A stretch of 64,000 nucleotides of DNA, taken from Candidatus Eiseniibacteriota bacterium. GTDB taxonomy: Bacteria; Eisenbacteria; RBG-16-71-46; JABDJR01; JAWXBZ01. A model generated the notes under the pieces. It was not told where the DNA came from, did not search any database, and worked only from the letters and a program-made list of their open reading frames with translations. Positions 38,205 to 47,815 of this stretch are shown here, piece by piece. How positions within the stretch are numbered: position 1 is the stretch's first letter; every line of letters starts with the position of its first letter. The stretch spans positions 2,269 to 66,268 of the forward strand of contig JAWXBZ010000105.1 of NCBI GenBank assembly GCA_034440375.1, given 5' to 3'. Made by a program: the position numbers and the translations under genes.

Positions 38205-39548
38205 ATGACATTCTCATTTCCCACCGCGCGGGCCGCGCTTTCGCTTGGCATCGGTCTGGCCCTGGCACTCCCGGGCTGCGGCCAGGACACTCTCGAGGAA
38301 TCGCCCCGGGTTGACAGTTACGCCGCCAGAACCGGCGGCCTCCTGACCGACGACTTCGACAGTGACGAAATCCTGGCGATCGTGGACCCAAATTTCGACC
38401 CCGGCACCATCGCCATCGAACACGGGCTGCTGCTGGTCGATGAACTGCCGGACGGACTCTCGACACGCTTTCGAGTGCCAGCCGGGGGCGTCCTGGCGCA
38501 GGAGGAAGCCGAACTGGCGCTCGATCCGCGCGTTCTCGGCGTCGACAGGAACCTCTTCGTCATCGACACCGAGACGCGACAATCGAGCATGGCCTTCGAC
38601 GAGGGCAATTTTGTGGAAGGCGCCGTCGGTGACCAGGGCTTTCTGCGCCTGCTCCACGTGGCCCGGGCGCACGATCGCACCCGGGGCGATGGGGTGGTCG
38701 TTGCCATTCTTGATACGGGAATAGACTTCAGCCATCCGGCCCTGGCCGGGCACATTCATCCGGCGAGTCGTGACTTCCTCGACGGCGACACCGACGCCTC
38801 CGAATCCCCCAACGGCATTGATGACGATGGCGATGGATTCATCGACGAGGCCCTGGGTCATGGCACGCATGTGGCCGGACTCGTCCGCCTGGTGGCCCCG
38901 GAAGCCAAAATCATGGTCCTTCGGGTCCTGGACGCCGATGGGCGGGGCCCGGCCTGGGGCGTAGCGCAGGCAATCGAATATGCCGCTGATCAGGGCGCGT
39001 CGATCATCAACATGAGCCTCGGCATGTTGAGCAAACCCGAGATCATGGATGAGGCTCTCAGCTACGCGGCCGACCGGGGTGTGATCATGGTCGGCTCGAT
39101 CGGCAACTGGGGGGCGGAGGATCCGGAGGAGTACCCTTCGTCCAGCAGCTCGGTCTGGGCTGTCGTCGCCACGGATCACGAGGATCGGGCCGCCACGTTC
39201 ACGAGCTATTCCAGCCACGCCGCGATCGCCGCCCCGGGAACCCTGATCCGCAGCGCCCACTATGGCGGCGGCTCGGCCGTCTGGAGCGGCACGTCGATGG
39301 CCTCACCGCTGGTGGCGGGCACTGCGGCGCTTCTCCTCTCCATTCACGCCGATTGGACGCCCGCCATGGTCCTGGCGCGTATCCAGTCCACCGCCCGGCC
39401 GGTTACTCCCCTGCATTCGGAACAGATTGGCGAACTGGGCGCCGGCCGGATCGACGTGGGAGCAGCCCTCGCGGCCGATCAGCACGACGGCACCGCAAAC
39501 GACGATGGCGAGGGCGAGGTGTACTGGAATCGTCGAACCCGGCGCTGA
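38205..39548 (+). CDS. S8-family serine peptidase lipoprotein
   Basis: Lipobox LALALPGCGQ; VVVAILDTGID (Asp), HGTHVAGLV (His), GTSMASPLVAGTAALL (Ser). It lies 7-90 bp downstream of the CHAT gene, depending on which start is used. Confidence 0.8.
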   Translation: MTFSFPTARAALSLGIGLALALPGCGQDTLEESPRVDSYAARTGGLLTDDFDSDEILAIVDPNFDPGTIAIEHGLLLVDELPDGLSTRFRVPAGGVLAQEEAELALDPRVLGVDRNLFVIDTETRQSSMAFDEGNFVEGAVGDQGFLRLLHVARAHDRTRGDGVVVAILDTGIDFSHPALAGHIHPASRDFLDGDTDASESPNGIDDDGDGFIDEALGHGTHVAGLVRLVAPEAKIMVLRVLDADGRGPAWGVAQAIEYAADQGASIINMSLGMLSKPEIMDEALSYAADRGVIMVGSIGNWGAEDPEEYPSSSSSVWAVVATDHEDRAATFTSYSSHAAIAAPGTLIRSAHYGGGSAVWSGTSMASPLVAGTAALLLSIHADWTPAMVLARIQSTARPVTPLHSEQIGELGAGRIDVGAALAADQHDGTANDDGEGEVYWNRRTRR

Positions 39549-39591
39549 GCCAGGGCGGGGGCTGACACCCCGCTGACCCCAATTTAGCAGG

Positions 39592-39620
39592 AGCCCGCTC
39601 CGGAGCGGGCTTTTTCTTGC
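39592..39620 (+). terminator. Rho-independent terminator
   Basis: AGCCCGCT-CCGG-AGCGGGCT hairpin followed by TTTTTCTT, directly after the subtilase stop. Confidence 0.7.
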
Positions 39621-39707
39621 CCGATTGTGTATCCCGTGTCCACCGGACCGTACCTTGCCTCCATGCATCGCAATGAGGCGTATCCGTTCCGGAACGGTGA
39701 CCGAAAA

Positions 39708-40919
39708 ATGGCACGGCGAATTGCCGCCTACTCGCACGATACCGTCGGACTCGGGCACCTGCGCCGCACCCTGACCATCACCCGCCATCTCGGGGCACGG
39801 CGCCCCGACTTGAACTCGCTCATCATCTCCGGTTCCCCATTCGTCCAGGCGATGGGTTCCTATGATCGAATCGATTTCCTCAAACTCCCCGCGGCGAAGA
39901 AAATTCGGAACGGGCACTACGAAGCCCGGTACCTCGGCCTCGACTTTGATCACTTCAACCGGTTTCGATCAGGCGTCATCGACGAGGGGCTCCGGGCTTT
40001 CGAGCCCGATCTCCTGATCATTGACAAGACGCCGGGGGGGATGAACGGCGAATTGCTTCCCTGTTTGCGGCGCCTTCGGGAGACCGGCGCGCGGACGCGG
40101 GTGGTCCTTGGTCTGCGCGATATCCTGGACGAGGCGCCGAACCAGCGTGCCGAGTGGACGGCCACCGGCGACTGGCAGACGCTCGACGAACTCTATGATG
40201 CGATCTGGATCTACGGCTCGGCGGACGTTTTCAACCCGGTTACCGAGTACGGCTTCAGCGATACCATGGCCGCGCGCACGTCTTTTCTGGGCTACCTCCC
40301 AAAGTACAACGGAATTCGGCCCGTCGAGGCCATCCGGGCTGAACTTGACGCAAAGGATCAGCCGCTCCTGGTCTTGAGCCCCGGCGGCGGCGAGGACGGT
40401 TACGAACTTCTGTCACTCTTTCTCGAAGCGAGGGACGGGGGCTTCCTTCCGACCGGACACCTGCCGGTCCTGGTCACCGGACCAGGCATGCCGGAAGCGC
40501 GCGTGGCCGAACTCCGGCATCGCCTCGGCGCCAACGGCCGATTGCTGGAGTTCAGCGATCATTTCACGTCAATTCTGGCGGCCGCCGACCTGGTGATCAC
40601 CATGGGTGGCTACAACACGCTCACCGAAGCGCTCTGCCTTGGCAAGCGGGTGGTCTCGGTTCCCCGCGTGCGCCCGAGGCGCGAGCAGTGGATACGGGCA
40701 CAGCGATTCGCCGAGCGCGGGCTGCTGACAATGGTCGAGCCGGACGGTGCCTCCCCGGCCACACTCGGCGCCGCGATCCGTCATGAACTCGGCCGCGACG
40801 TGAGCACCGGATGCCTCCCGCTCGATTTCGGGGGCCTGGAACGGCTGGACGACGAATATGCCCGCCTCTTCGACAATGAGATGCCGGCCCTTCAAAGCGA
40901 GTCCGGAGCAACGCGATGA
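39708..40919 (+). CDS. GT-B glycosyltransferase, GT28/MGDG-synthase-like (Glyco_tran_28_C-type)
   Basis: N-terminus RIAAYSHDTVGLGHLRRTLTI and C-terminal ADLVITMGGYNTLTEALCLGKRVVSVPR motif. The ATG at 39708 is preferred over the one at 39627. Confidence 0.55.
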   Translation: MARRIAAYSHDTVGLGHLRRTLTITRHLGARRPDLNSLIISGSPFVQAMGSYDRIDFLKLPAAKKIRNGHYEARYLGLDFDHFNRFRSGVIDEGLRAFEPDLLIIDKTPGGMNGELLPCLRRLRETGARTRVVLGLRDILDEAPNQRAEWTATGDWQTLDELYDAIWIYGSADVFNPVTEYGFSDTMAARTSFLGYLPKYNGIRPVEAIRAELDAKDQPLLVLSPGGGEDGYELLSLFLEARDGGFLPTGHLPVLVTGPGMPEARVAELRHRLGANGRLLEFSDHFTSILAAADLVITMGGYNTLTEALCLGKRVVSVPRVRPRREQWIRAQRFAERGLLTMVEPDGASPATLGAAIRHELGRDVSTGCLPLDFGGLERLDDEYARLFDNEMPALQSESGATR

Positions 40920-42244
40920 CGACGCCCGCGACAACACACGCTCCGCTTTGCGTGGCCTACCTCGTCAAGACCTGGCCGCGCCTCTCGGAGACATTTGTCC
41001 TGAACGAGATTCTGGCGCTGGAGGCGCGCGGCGCCATCGTCACGATCCTGGCCCTGAAGCGCCCGGCGGAGCGTCGCTTCCACGAGAAACTGGCGCGTGT
41101 GCGCGGGGACGTGTTGTACGCGCCGGAGGTACGGCCGAATCAAGTCCTTTCCTTCCTCGCATCGCAGCACAAACACCTGGCCGGGGCGGAAGTGCTTCTA
41201 TCGCGGCACTTCTGGACGTCCCTGGATCAGGCGGACGATGAGGGCCTGGAGTCGCTGATTCCCGCGATCGCATTTCTGCCGGTGGTTGTCGAACGGCAAA
41301 TCGACCACCTTCATGCCCATTTCGCCACCTCGGCCGCCGCCACGGCCATGCGGCTGGCATCGCTCGCCGGAATCGGTTGGTCAATGACGGCCCACGCCAA
41401 GGATATTTTCCACCAATCGGTTTCAAGTGACCGCCTGCGCGAGAAGGTGGCGTCGTCACGCTTCACCGTGGCCGTGAGCGACTGGAGCGCCGACTTCCTG
41501 CGCGACGTCGTCGGTCACCCGGCCGCATCAAACGTGCGGCGGCTGTACAACGGTCTCGATCTGACTGAATTTCCGACGCCGCGGTTCGGGGGGGCCGGCA
41601 CGGAAACAGCGGCCTGCCTGCCGGAACTCCCGGTCACTCCGGGGCGGATTCTTTCCGTGGGTCGCCTCGTGCCGAAGAAAGGCTTCGGCACTCTGCTTCT
41701 GGCGGCGCGTCGACTCATCGATCAAGGCCACGACATTCACGTCGACCTCGTTGGTGACGGCGAACTGCGCGTCGAACTGGAGCGTCGCATCCACGAGCTC
41801 AACCTCGACGCGAGAGTCCACCTGCTTGGCGCGCAGTCCCACGATGCCGTCCGGCAGCTCATGCAATCGTCGACGCTGTTCGCGCTCCCGGCCGAAGTGG
41901 CGGAGGACGGCAATCGTGATGGATTACCCGTCGTGGTCGTGGAGGCCATGGCATCGGGACTTCCGGTCCTCTCAACGCCAGTGGTCGGCATCCCCGAGGC
42001 GGTCCTCGATGGGATCACCGGCCGCCTTGTCCCGGAAAGGGATCCGATCGCCTTGGCCGGCGCAATAGCCGAACTCCTCGCCGATCGCGCGGGTGCCGCG
42101 CGGCTGGCGGAGGCCGGCCGGCGACGCGTGGACGAGCACTTCGACGGCGCGCGTTCGGCGGCCACGCTTCACGAGTGGTTCCAGGGGGCCGTACGACTGG
42201 AGGCGGCGAAACCGAAATCGATGATGGAGGCGGTCGGTCGATGA
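40916..42244 (+). CDS. Glycosyltransferase family 4
   Basis: GRLVPKKGFGTLLLA...EDGNRDGLPVVVVEAMASGLPVLST (GT4 E-x7-E region). The start overlaps the preceding gene's stop. Confidence 0.7.
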   Translation: MTTPATTHAPLCVAYLVKTWPRLSETFVLNEILALEARGAIVTILALKRPAERRFHEKLARVRGDVLYAPEVRPNQVLSFLASQHKHLAGAEVLLSRHFWTSLDQADDEGLESLIPAIAFLPVVVERQIDHLHAHFATSAAATAMRLASLAGIGWSMTAHAKDIFHQSVSSDRLREKVASSRFTVAVSDWSADFLRDVVGHPAASNVRRLYNGLDLTEFPTPRFGGAGTETAACLPELPVTPGRILSVGRLVPKKGFGTLLLAARRLIDQGHDIHVDLVGDGELRVELERRIHELNLDARVHLLGAQSHDAVRQLMQSSTLFALPAEVAEDGNRDGLPVVVVEAMASGLPVLSTPVVGIPEAVLDGITGRLVPERDPIALAGAIAELLADRAGAARLAEAGRRRVDEHFDGARSAATLHEWFQGAVRLEAAKPKSMMEAVGR

Positions 42245-43410
42245 ACTGGCTCGTCCTCGCAAACGACTTCGGCGTCCCATGGCACGGCACCAAGGGGGCC
42301 TCGATTCACCTCCGATCGATGGCCGAAGCCCTGGCCACCGGCGTCGACTCCGTCGAGGTGGCGGTGCGGCGCCTCGGCCGGCCGACCGCCGGAAATCCTG
42401 GCCATGGGCGAGTCATTCTGACCGGGCTCGCAACCACGGAACCGCCGACCAATCCGGCGTTCGATCCCGATCGGATGAACGCGGAATTGCTTGCGTGGAT
42501 CCTGGAGCGGCATCGCCACTCTCCGTTCGATGCCATCTACGAGCGCTATGCCCTTTGGACGGTGGCGGGACTCGATGCCGCCCGAAAGCTCGGCATTCCC
42601 CATCTACTTGAAGTCAACGCGCCGCTGGTGGACGAGGCCTCCCGCTGGCGGAACCTGGAACTCACGGTGACCGCCCGGGCGGCGGAACATCGCCTGGCCA
42701 TGGACGGTGATCATCTTCTGGCGGTGTCGTCACCGATCGCACGACATCTGCTCCGACTTGGCGCCAATCCCGACCGAATTCATGTTGAAGGCAACGGCGT
42801 GGCAGATGCGTTCCTCCGCGTGGAACGGCGCCACGAAGCCGGTACCTCTCCTTTCGTGGTGGGATTCGCCGGCAGTTTGAAACCATGGCACGGACTGTCG
42901 ACGCTGGTTTCGGCATTCGATCGACTCGGCGGCGCCGCCTCGGGTTGGCGGCTCCGCATCGTCGGCGAGGGTCCCATGGCAGAATGGCTGCGCGCGGCTG
43001 CAGAGACGCGTGAGGGGGTCGTCCTCACCGGCCCAATGCCGCACGAGTCGATTCCCGGCGAACTGGCCCGAATGGATGCCGGCGCCGCGCTCTACGAAGA
43101 GGTCGGCGAGGGGTACTTCTCGCCGCTCAAGGTGGCCGAGTACCAGGCGGCAGGGCTCCCCGTGGTGGCCTCGGGCGGCGCCGGGGTCCGTGAGATGATC
43201 ACGCATGGCAACGACGGCCTCCTGGTCCAGGAAGGCGATGTGGCCGGGGCCGCCACGGCCTTCGAACGGATTCGCTTCGAATCAAACCTTTCGGCCACGC
43301 TCGCGGCGGCCGGCCGATGCCGCGCGGCGGCCCGCACCTGGTCTGCCATCGCCGCACGTTGTCGCACACTGGCCTCGGGTCAGTCGCCCTGCGCAGAGAT
43401 CGGTCGATGA
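42241..43410 (+). CDS. Glycosyltransferase family 4
   Basis: FVVGFAGSLKPWHGL...SPLKVAEYQAAGLPVVAS motifs; ATGA overlap with the preceding gene. Confidence 0.65.
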   Translation: MNWLVLANDFGVPWHGTKGASIHLRSMAEALATGVDSVEVAVRRLGRPTAGNPGHGRVILTGLATTEPPTNPAFDPDRMNAELLAWILERHRHSPFDAIYERYALWTVAGLDAARKLGIPHLLEVNAPLVDEASRWRNLELTVTARAAEHRLAMDGDHLLAVSSPIARHLLRLGANPDRIHVEGNGVADAFLRVERRHEAGTSPFVVGFAGSLKPWHGLSTLVSAFDRLGGAASGWRLRIVGEGPMAEWLRAAAETREGVVLTGPMPHESIPGELARMDAGAALYEEVGEGYFSPLKVAEYQAAGLPVVASGGAGVREMITHGNDGLLVQEGDVAGAATAFERIRFESNLSATLAAAGRCRAAARTWSAIAARCRTLASGQSPCAEIGR

Positions 43411-46025
43411 CGACCAGAGCGGCCCTGTCGAAGCCTTCCAGGACGCTCGTTGAAGACCGGCTGTCACACCTCGAGGAAGTCCTTGATGCGGGAGCCGTCG
43501 GGCGTGCCCTCTTCGATCACCTCGGAGGAGCCGGGTTCAAACCCAATGGGGCCCGCGTCACCTATCTGAATCACAAACCGGCGGTCGGGGCCCTGATCGG
43601 GTATCAATTCGACTTGATCGGGCGCGATGAACCGCTGCGGGCGGCCGGCCGGCTCGTTCCGGCGGCGCGGCTTGGCGCGGTACGGATTGCACTCGAAAGC
43701 TGGGCCCTTCGCCACCCGGGGGCACAGGTCATCCACCTTCATCCGTGGCCACTGGTGGTCACACTCTATCCGCATGACCGACACCTTCCGGGACTTTCCG
43801 TGCTGGGCCAGAAGGGAAAGTTCAAGCGCCATGTGGACGCGATGGGGATCGGCGCCGGCTTTGAAGGGGGCCGCGTCAGCGGCGGGCGGACGACACGCCG
43901 GCTTCTCACCTGGAAACCCGGGCGCCGGGCCGTCCTCTGCGCCGACCTCGTCTTCGTGGACAGTACGGGTCGGCACCTGGGCGAACGGGCCGTCATCGTC
44001 AAAGCCTACGCGGACAGCACCGGGCGCGAAACACGCGAGTGGATGACGGCGCTTCAGGCCATCGGCGACCTGCCGAAGCCGCTCAGGCTGGCCATTCCGC
44101 TGGCCTGGGACGATTCCCGAAAGATCCTCTATCAGGAACGACTGGCCGGCGAGCCGCTCCTGGAATCGACAACAGCTGTGGAGGCGGCGCGAACCGCGGG
44201 GCGATGCCTTGGCGGGCTTCATGGGATTTCGCCCATGAGGGGTGCACCCGGATCGACAAGACAAGTCCGGTCGGCACCCAGCGTTCTCGGTCAGGTGCGC
44301 GCCGTCTCCTGTCATTTTTCGGAGATCCTTCGGGAGATTGGAGCAGGAGCTGGCGGCCGACTCGGTCAACAACTGGACGGACTGGTAACGCGCCTCGATC
44401 AAACGATCGGCGACACCGAATGCGGTTCCCCTGACGATCTCAGAGTCATCCACGGCGATTTCCACGCCGGACAGATTCTGATCGAGAAGGATCGAATCGG
44501 CCTCATCGATCTGGACGAGATGCGGGCCGGGGATCCCCGCCTCGATCTGGCCACGTTTCGGGCCCATCTCACGTCCCAGGCGCTGGCGGGGCTGATGCCG
44601 ATGGAGCGGGCGACAGCCATCGACAACGCCTTCCGGGACGGGTACCGCGACGGGTGCGGCACTCTTCGGGGTCAGGGCTGGTTCGATGCCGCCGGGTTGG
44701 CGCTCCTGACGCTGGAACCGTATCGTCGGCGCGATCCGAACTGGGAGGCGACAACGGCAAGGATCATCGAATCAGCCGAGGCACTCGTGGCGCCGACCCC
44801 GGCTCGTCGACCCCGGGCGCCGCACGATGCCGAATCAATGGTCGAGCGGCTTCTGGATCGAGACGGGGCCCTTTCCCTCCTGAACGGTCTCCTCGAGGCT
44901 CGTGGTTCCACTACCCGGCTTCTCGAGGTTCGAAAAGGGGGGCTCAAGGTCAAGAATGAACGGCTGGAAGGAACCTTTGACGTTGTCGTCAAGACGGCCG
45001 CGACTGGAAATGGACACCGGCCGATCACCCATCTCGGCATCGCATTGCCACACGACCATCAAGGTTCGGACGATCAGTTGAGCCTCCATCTCTCGCCCGA
45101 GGATCCGGCCCTGCCGATGTCATGGATCGAGTCGCCCCAAACACGGTTCCGCACGGCGACTCTTCTCGGTCCTGGCCGCCCGGAGTTCCGGCTCGTGCGC
45201 CATCGACACGGCTCTCGCGCGGCCTGGCAGGCGGTTGCGCCGGGCCCGGGCAGGCCGGCCGTTGCCCTCAAGCTGCGACGCCGCTCTCCGCGTTGGTTCG
45301 TAACCGGGGCGGATGAACTTGTTCCGTGGACAGTCCGGCTGCCGTCGCCGCGCAGAACCTTTGCCACGGCACAGGAGTGGGTCGGCGGCCCTTCGCTGCA
45401 CGAACGGATCATGACCGTCGGGGCCACCTCGTCGGAACTGGGCCGGGTGGGTCAGCTCGTCGGTCGTTTTCACCGCGAGGCGCGACTCGTCCCCGCCGGC
45501 CGAACGGGCGTGGTGAACACGAGGACGCTCGGCAACGAGCTCGAATCGCTTGCACGTCAACTGGCCACGATGCCGGTGGCGCCCGATGAGTTGATCAACG
45601 GCGTCGCCTCCCGGCTGGATCAGGCTCGTAAACGGTTACCAGGAGCGGTCCGATCCATCGCCGCCCTGCATGGCGATCTACACGATCGGCAGGTGTTACT
45701 CGAGGGGGATCGACCGGTTGTCATCGACTGCGACATGGCCTCTCCCGGGGAGGCGGAACTGGACGTTGGCAATTTTCTGGCTCACCTCGTGCTCCGGGCC
45801 GTGCAGCTCGGGAAGGATCCGACTCACATTTCCAGCGGGGCCGGTGTCTTTCGCCGGGCCGCGGAGGATGCCTCGCTCCGCCCGCTGGACAGGGACAGAC
45901 TCATCGCACATGTCGCCTGCTCCCTCCTTCGCCTGGTGCTTCTCTATCGACTCAGGATCGGGGGACGCCGTTTCGGCCCGGCGCTCCTGGCGGCGCACGA
46001 CGTAGCCGGAGATTGGGTGACATGA
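43407..46025 (+). CDS. Tandem double phosphotransferase (two APH/choline-kinase-like protein kinase-fold domains)
   Basis: Two Brenner-type motifs: VIHGDFHAGQILIEKDRIGLIDLDEMRAGDPRLDLA and ALHGDLHDRQVLLEGDRPVVIDCDMASPGEAELDVGNFLAHL. ATGA overlap with the upstream GT4 gene. Confidence 0.6.
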   Translation: MTTRAALSKPSRTLVEDRLSHLEEVLDAGAVGRALFDHLGGAGFKPNGARVTYLNHKPAVGALIGYQFDLIGRDEPLRAAGRLVPAARLGAVRIALESWALRHPGAQVIHLHPWPLVVTLYPHDRHLPGLSVLGQKGKFKRHVDAMGIGAGFEGGRVSGGRTTRRLLTWKPGRRAVLCADLVFVDSTGRHLGERAVIVKAYADSTGRETREWMTALQAIGDLPKPLRLAIPLAWDDSRKILYQERLAGEPLLESTTAVEAARTAGRCLGGLHGISPMRGAPGSTRQVRSAPSVLGQVRAVSCHFSEILREIGAGAGGRLGQQLDGLVTRLDQTIGDTECGSPDDLRVIHGDFHAGQILIEKDRIGLIDLDEMRAGDPRLDLATFRAHLTSQALAGLMPMERATAIDNAFRDGYRDGCGTLRGQGWFDAAGLALLTLEPYRRRDPNWEATTARIIESAEALVAPTPARRPRAPHDAESMVERLLDRDGALSLLNGLLEARGSTTRLLEVRKGGLKVKNERLEGTFDVVVKTAATGNGHRPITHLGIALPHDHQGSDDQLSLHLSPEDPALPMSWIESPQTRFRTATLLGPGRPEFRLVRHRHGSRAAWQAVAPGPGRPAVALKLRRRSPRWFVTGADELVPWTVRLPSPRRTFATAQEWVGGPSLHERIMTVGATSSELGRVGQLVGRFHREARLVPAGRTGVVNTRTLGNELESLARQLATMPVAPDELINGVASRLDQARKRLPGAVRSIAALHGDLHDRQVLLEGDRPVVIDCDMASPGEAELDVGNFLAHLVLRAVQLGKDPTHISSGAGVFRRAAEDASLRPLDRDRLIAHVACSLLRLVLLYRLRIGGRRFGPALLAAHDVAGDWVT

Positions 46026-47797
46026 CCGGCCGGCGCGCGCGCACAATCATGCCCATCATCGCCCGGACCACCGGCTTCCTCTACCTGGTTGGTGGAGCGT
46101 GCGTCTCGATCGCATCCGGGCCGGCTCCTTCGTTGAGCGACCTCCGGCCGGGTGACTGGGTCGAAGTCAGTGTGACACCCGCTGCCTCTGGCGGCTGGCA
46201 GGGCAACGAGGTCGATCTGAAGGATCACAGCGGAATAGCCGGAGGGTCACTGACCGGCACACTCCAAACGATGGCGGACGGCAGACGGTCGATCCTGGGT
46301 CACCCCATGGCCATTTCGGCCAGTACAGCGATCAAGGACACCGCGGGCCTGAACATCGCCGCGAGCGCCCTGCTCGACGGGCTCATCGTCGAAGCGCAAA
46401 TCCAGTCGGAAGGCGACGGATGGAGCGCGCTGAAGCTCAAAGTAAGGCCCGACGATGTCGAATGGGAAATAGAGGGGTCCCTGGAGGCCGTGGTTCCAGG
46501 TGATCCGACGGTGCTGCGTGTCCTCGGCTTCGACATTCGCACCACACCCGACACGATTGTCCGGCGTCGTGCCCGGAAGGCGACTCAAATCCCGGGCGTC
46601 GATGACGACGATGTCCGACCATCCCGCGCGATTGCCGTGGGGCCGTACCAGGTCGGAATGGTGGCTGGCCTGGAATTCGACCCGCGCCGCAACTATGACA
46701 TCAACAGCGCCCGCGACCGCAATCTCTCGCTGCTCGACATGTCGGCCCTGATCGAGGCGACCGCCCGTTCGGGTGACCGTTGGCGGTCCTTCATCAAAGG
46801 GGGTTACCGCCGACAGGAGGTGTTGCTCGACGAGCGCGGTACCCGAGCCGGCAGCCAGCGCTGGCAACTCGAGGAGGCCTGGATTGCCCGATCCGGGTTC
46901 CTCCACCCGGACCTGGCAATCCAGGTTGGGCGGCAGGACTTCGACGAGGCCCACGAGTGGCTCTACGACGAAAACCTGGATGCGATTCGACTCCACTGGC
47001 TTCCCGTCGGAGCTCACGCCACCGCGTCTCTGAGCACGCGACTCGATGACAATGACCCGACTTCCCACGATCTCTGGAACGGGTTGGTCACACTTGACTG
47101 GACCATGAATCCTGACCGGGCCTTCGGCCTGGTGGTGCTATCGAGGTACCCCATCGCCGGCGCGCCATTGCCCACGCGGACGTGGATTGGGGCCCGGGCC
47201 CTCCGGATTCGAATTGGCCGATTCCGGGGATGGGGCGATGTCTCCGTCCTGCGAGGCCATGCGGGTGTCTCGAAGATCCGCGCCCAGGCCGCTCATCTGT
47301 CGACCAGCTTTCTCCTGTCCCGGGCGGGCCGGTTGACCCTCAACGCGGCCTGGGCACGCGGTTCCGGGGACAACGATCCGGCCGACGGGATCGACGGCAC
47401 GTATCGCCAGACGGGCTTTCATGACAACAATGATCGATTCGGCGGTGTGACCGGCTTTCGCTACTACGGGGAGATGCTGAGGCCGGAGCTGTCAAATCTT
47501 TCCGTTGTCACACTCGGCTTCGGGAGTCGCCCAACGCCGAGCAGCTCCATCGACCTCGTCTATCACCACTACCGACAGGTTCATGCGGCTCCCTACCTGT
47601 CCGAGTCGAACCTCGATGCGAATCCTCTTGGCCTCAACCCCGATCTCGGACACGAAATCGACCTGATCATCGGTATCCGGGAGTTTTCGAATATGCGCCT
47701 GGAGGGGGTGATAGCTGCCTTCTTCGCGGGCCCTGCCTTTCTTGTCGACTCGGAGACGGCCGTCAACAGCCGCCTCCAGGTCGATGTGAGTTTCTGA
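46013..47797 (+). CDS. Putative outer-membrane beta-barrel protein
   Basis: N-terminal signal-like segment, amphipathic beta pattern, and a C-terminal ...LQVDVSF ending in Phe, which is an OMP signature. No identifiable family. Confidence 0.4.
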   Translation: MGDMTGRRARTIMPIIARTTGFLYLVGGACVSIASGPAPSLSDLRPGDWVEVSVTPAASGGWQGNEVDLKDHSGIAGGSLTGTLQTMADGRRSILGHPMAISASTAIKDTAGLNIAASALLDGLIVEAQIQSEGDGWSALKLKVRPDDVEWEIEGSLEAVVPGDPTVLRVLGFDIRTTPDTIVRRRARKATQIPGVDDDDVRPSRAIAVGPYQVGMVAGLEFDPRRNYDINSARDRNLSLLDMSALIEATARSGDRWRSFIKGGYRRQEVLLDERGTRAGSQRWQLEEAWIARSGFLHPDLAIQVGRQDFDEAHEWLYDENLDAIRLHWLPVGAHATASLSTRLDDNDPTSHDLWNGLVTLDWTMNPDRAFGLVVLSRYPIAGAPLPTRTWIGARALRIRIGRFRGWGDVSVLRGHAGVSKIRAQAAHLSTSFLLSRAGRLTLNAAWARGSGDNDPADGIDGTYRQTGFHDNNDRFGGVTGFRYYGEMLRPELSNLSVVTLGFGSRPTPSSSIDLVYHHYRQVHAAPYLSESNLDANPLGLNPDLGHEIDLIIGIREFSNMRLEGVIAAFFAGPAFLVDSETAVNSRLQVDVSF

Positions 47798-47815
47798 AGT
47801 TGTCCACACATCAAG

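Noticed and set aside
35310-39548. Possible bacterial gasdermin-type pore-forming effector next to the CHAT protease and subtilase
   Set aside because: No ORF of 240-300 aa with a gasdermin-like N-terminal domain is present in or next to the operon. The only neighbours are the sigma and anti-sigma factors and a terminator, so a gasdermin system is not supported.
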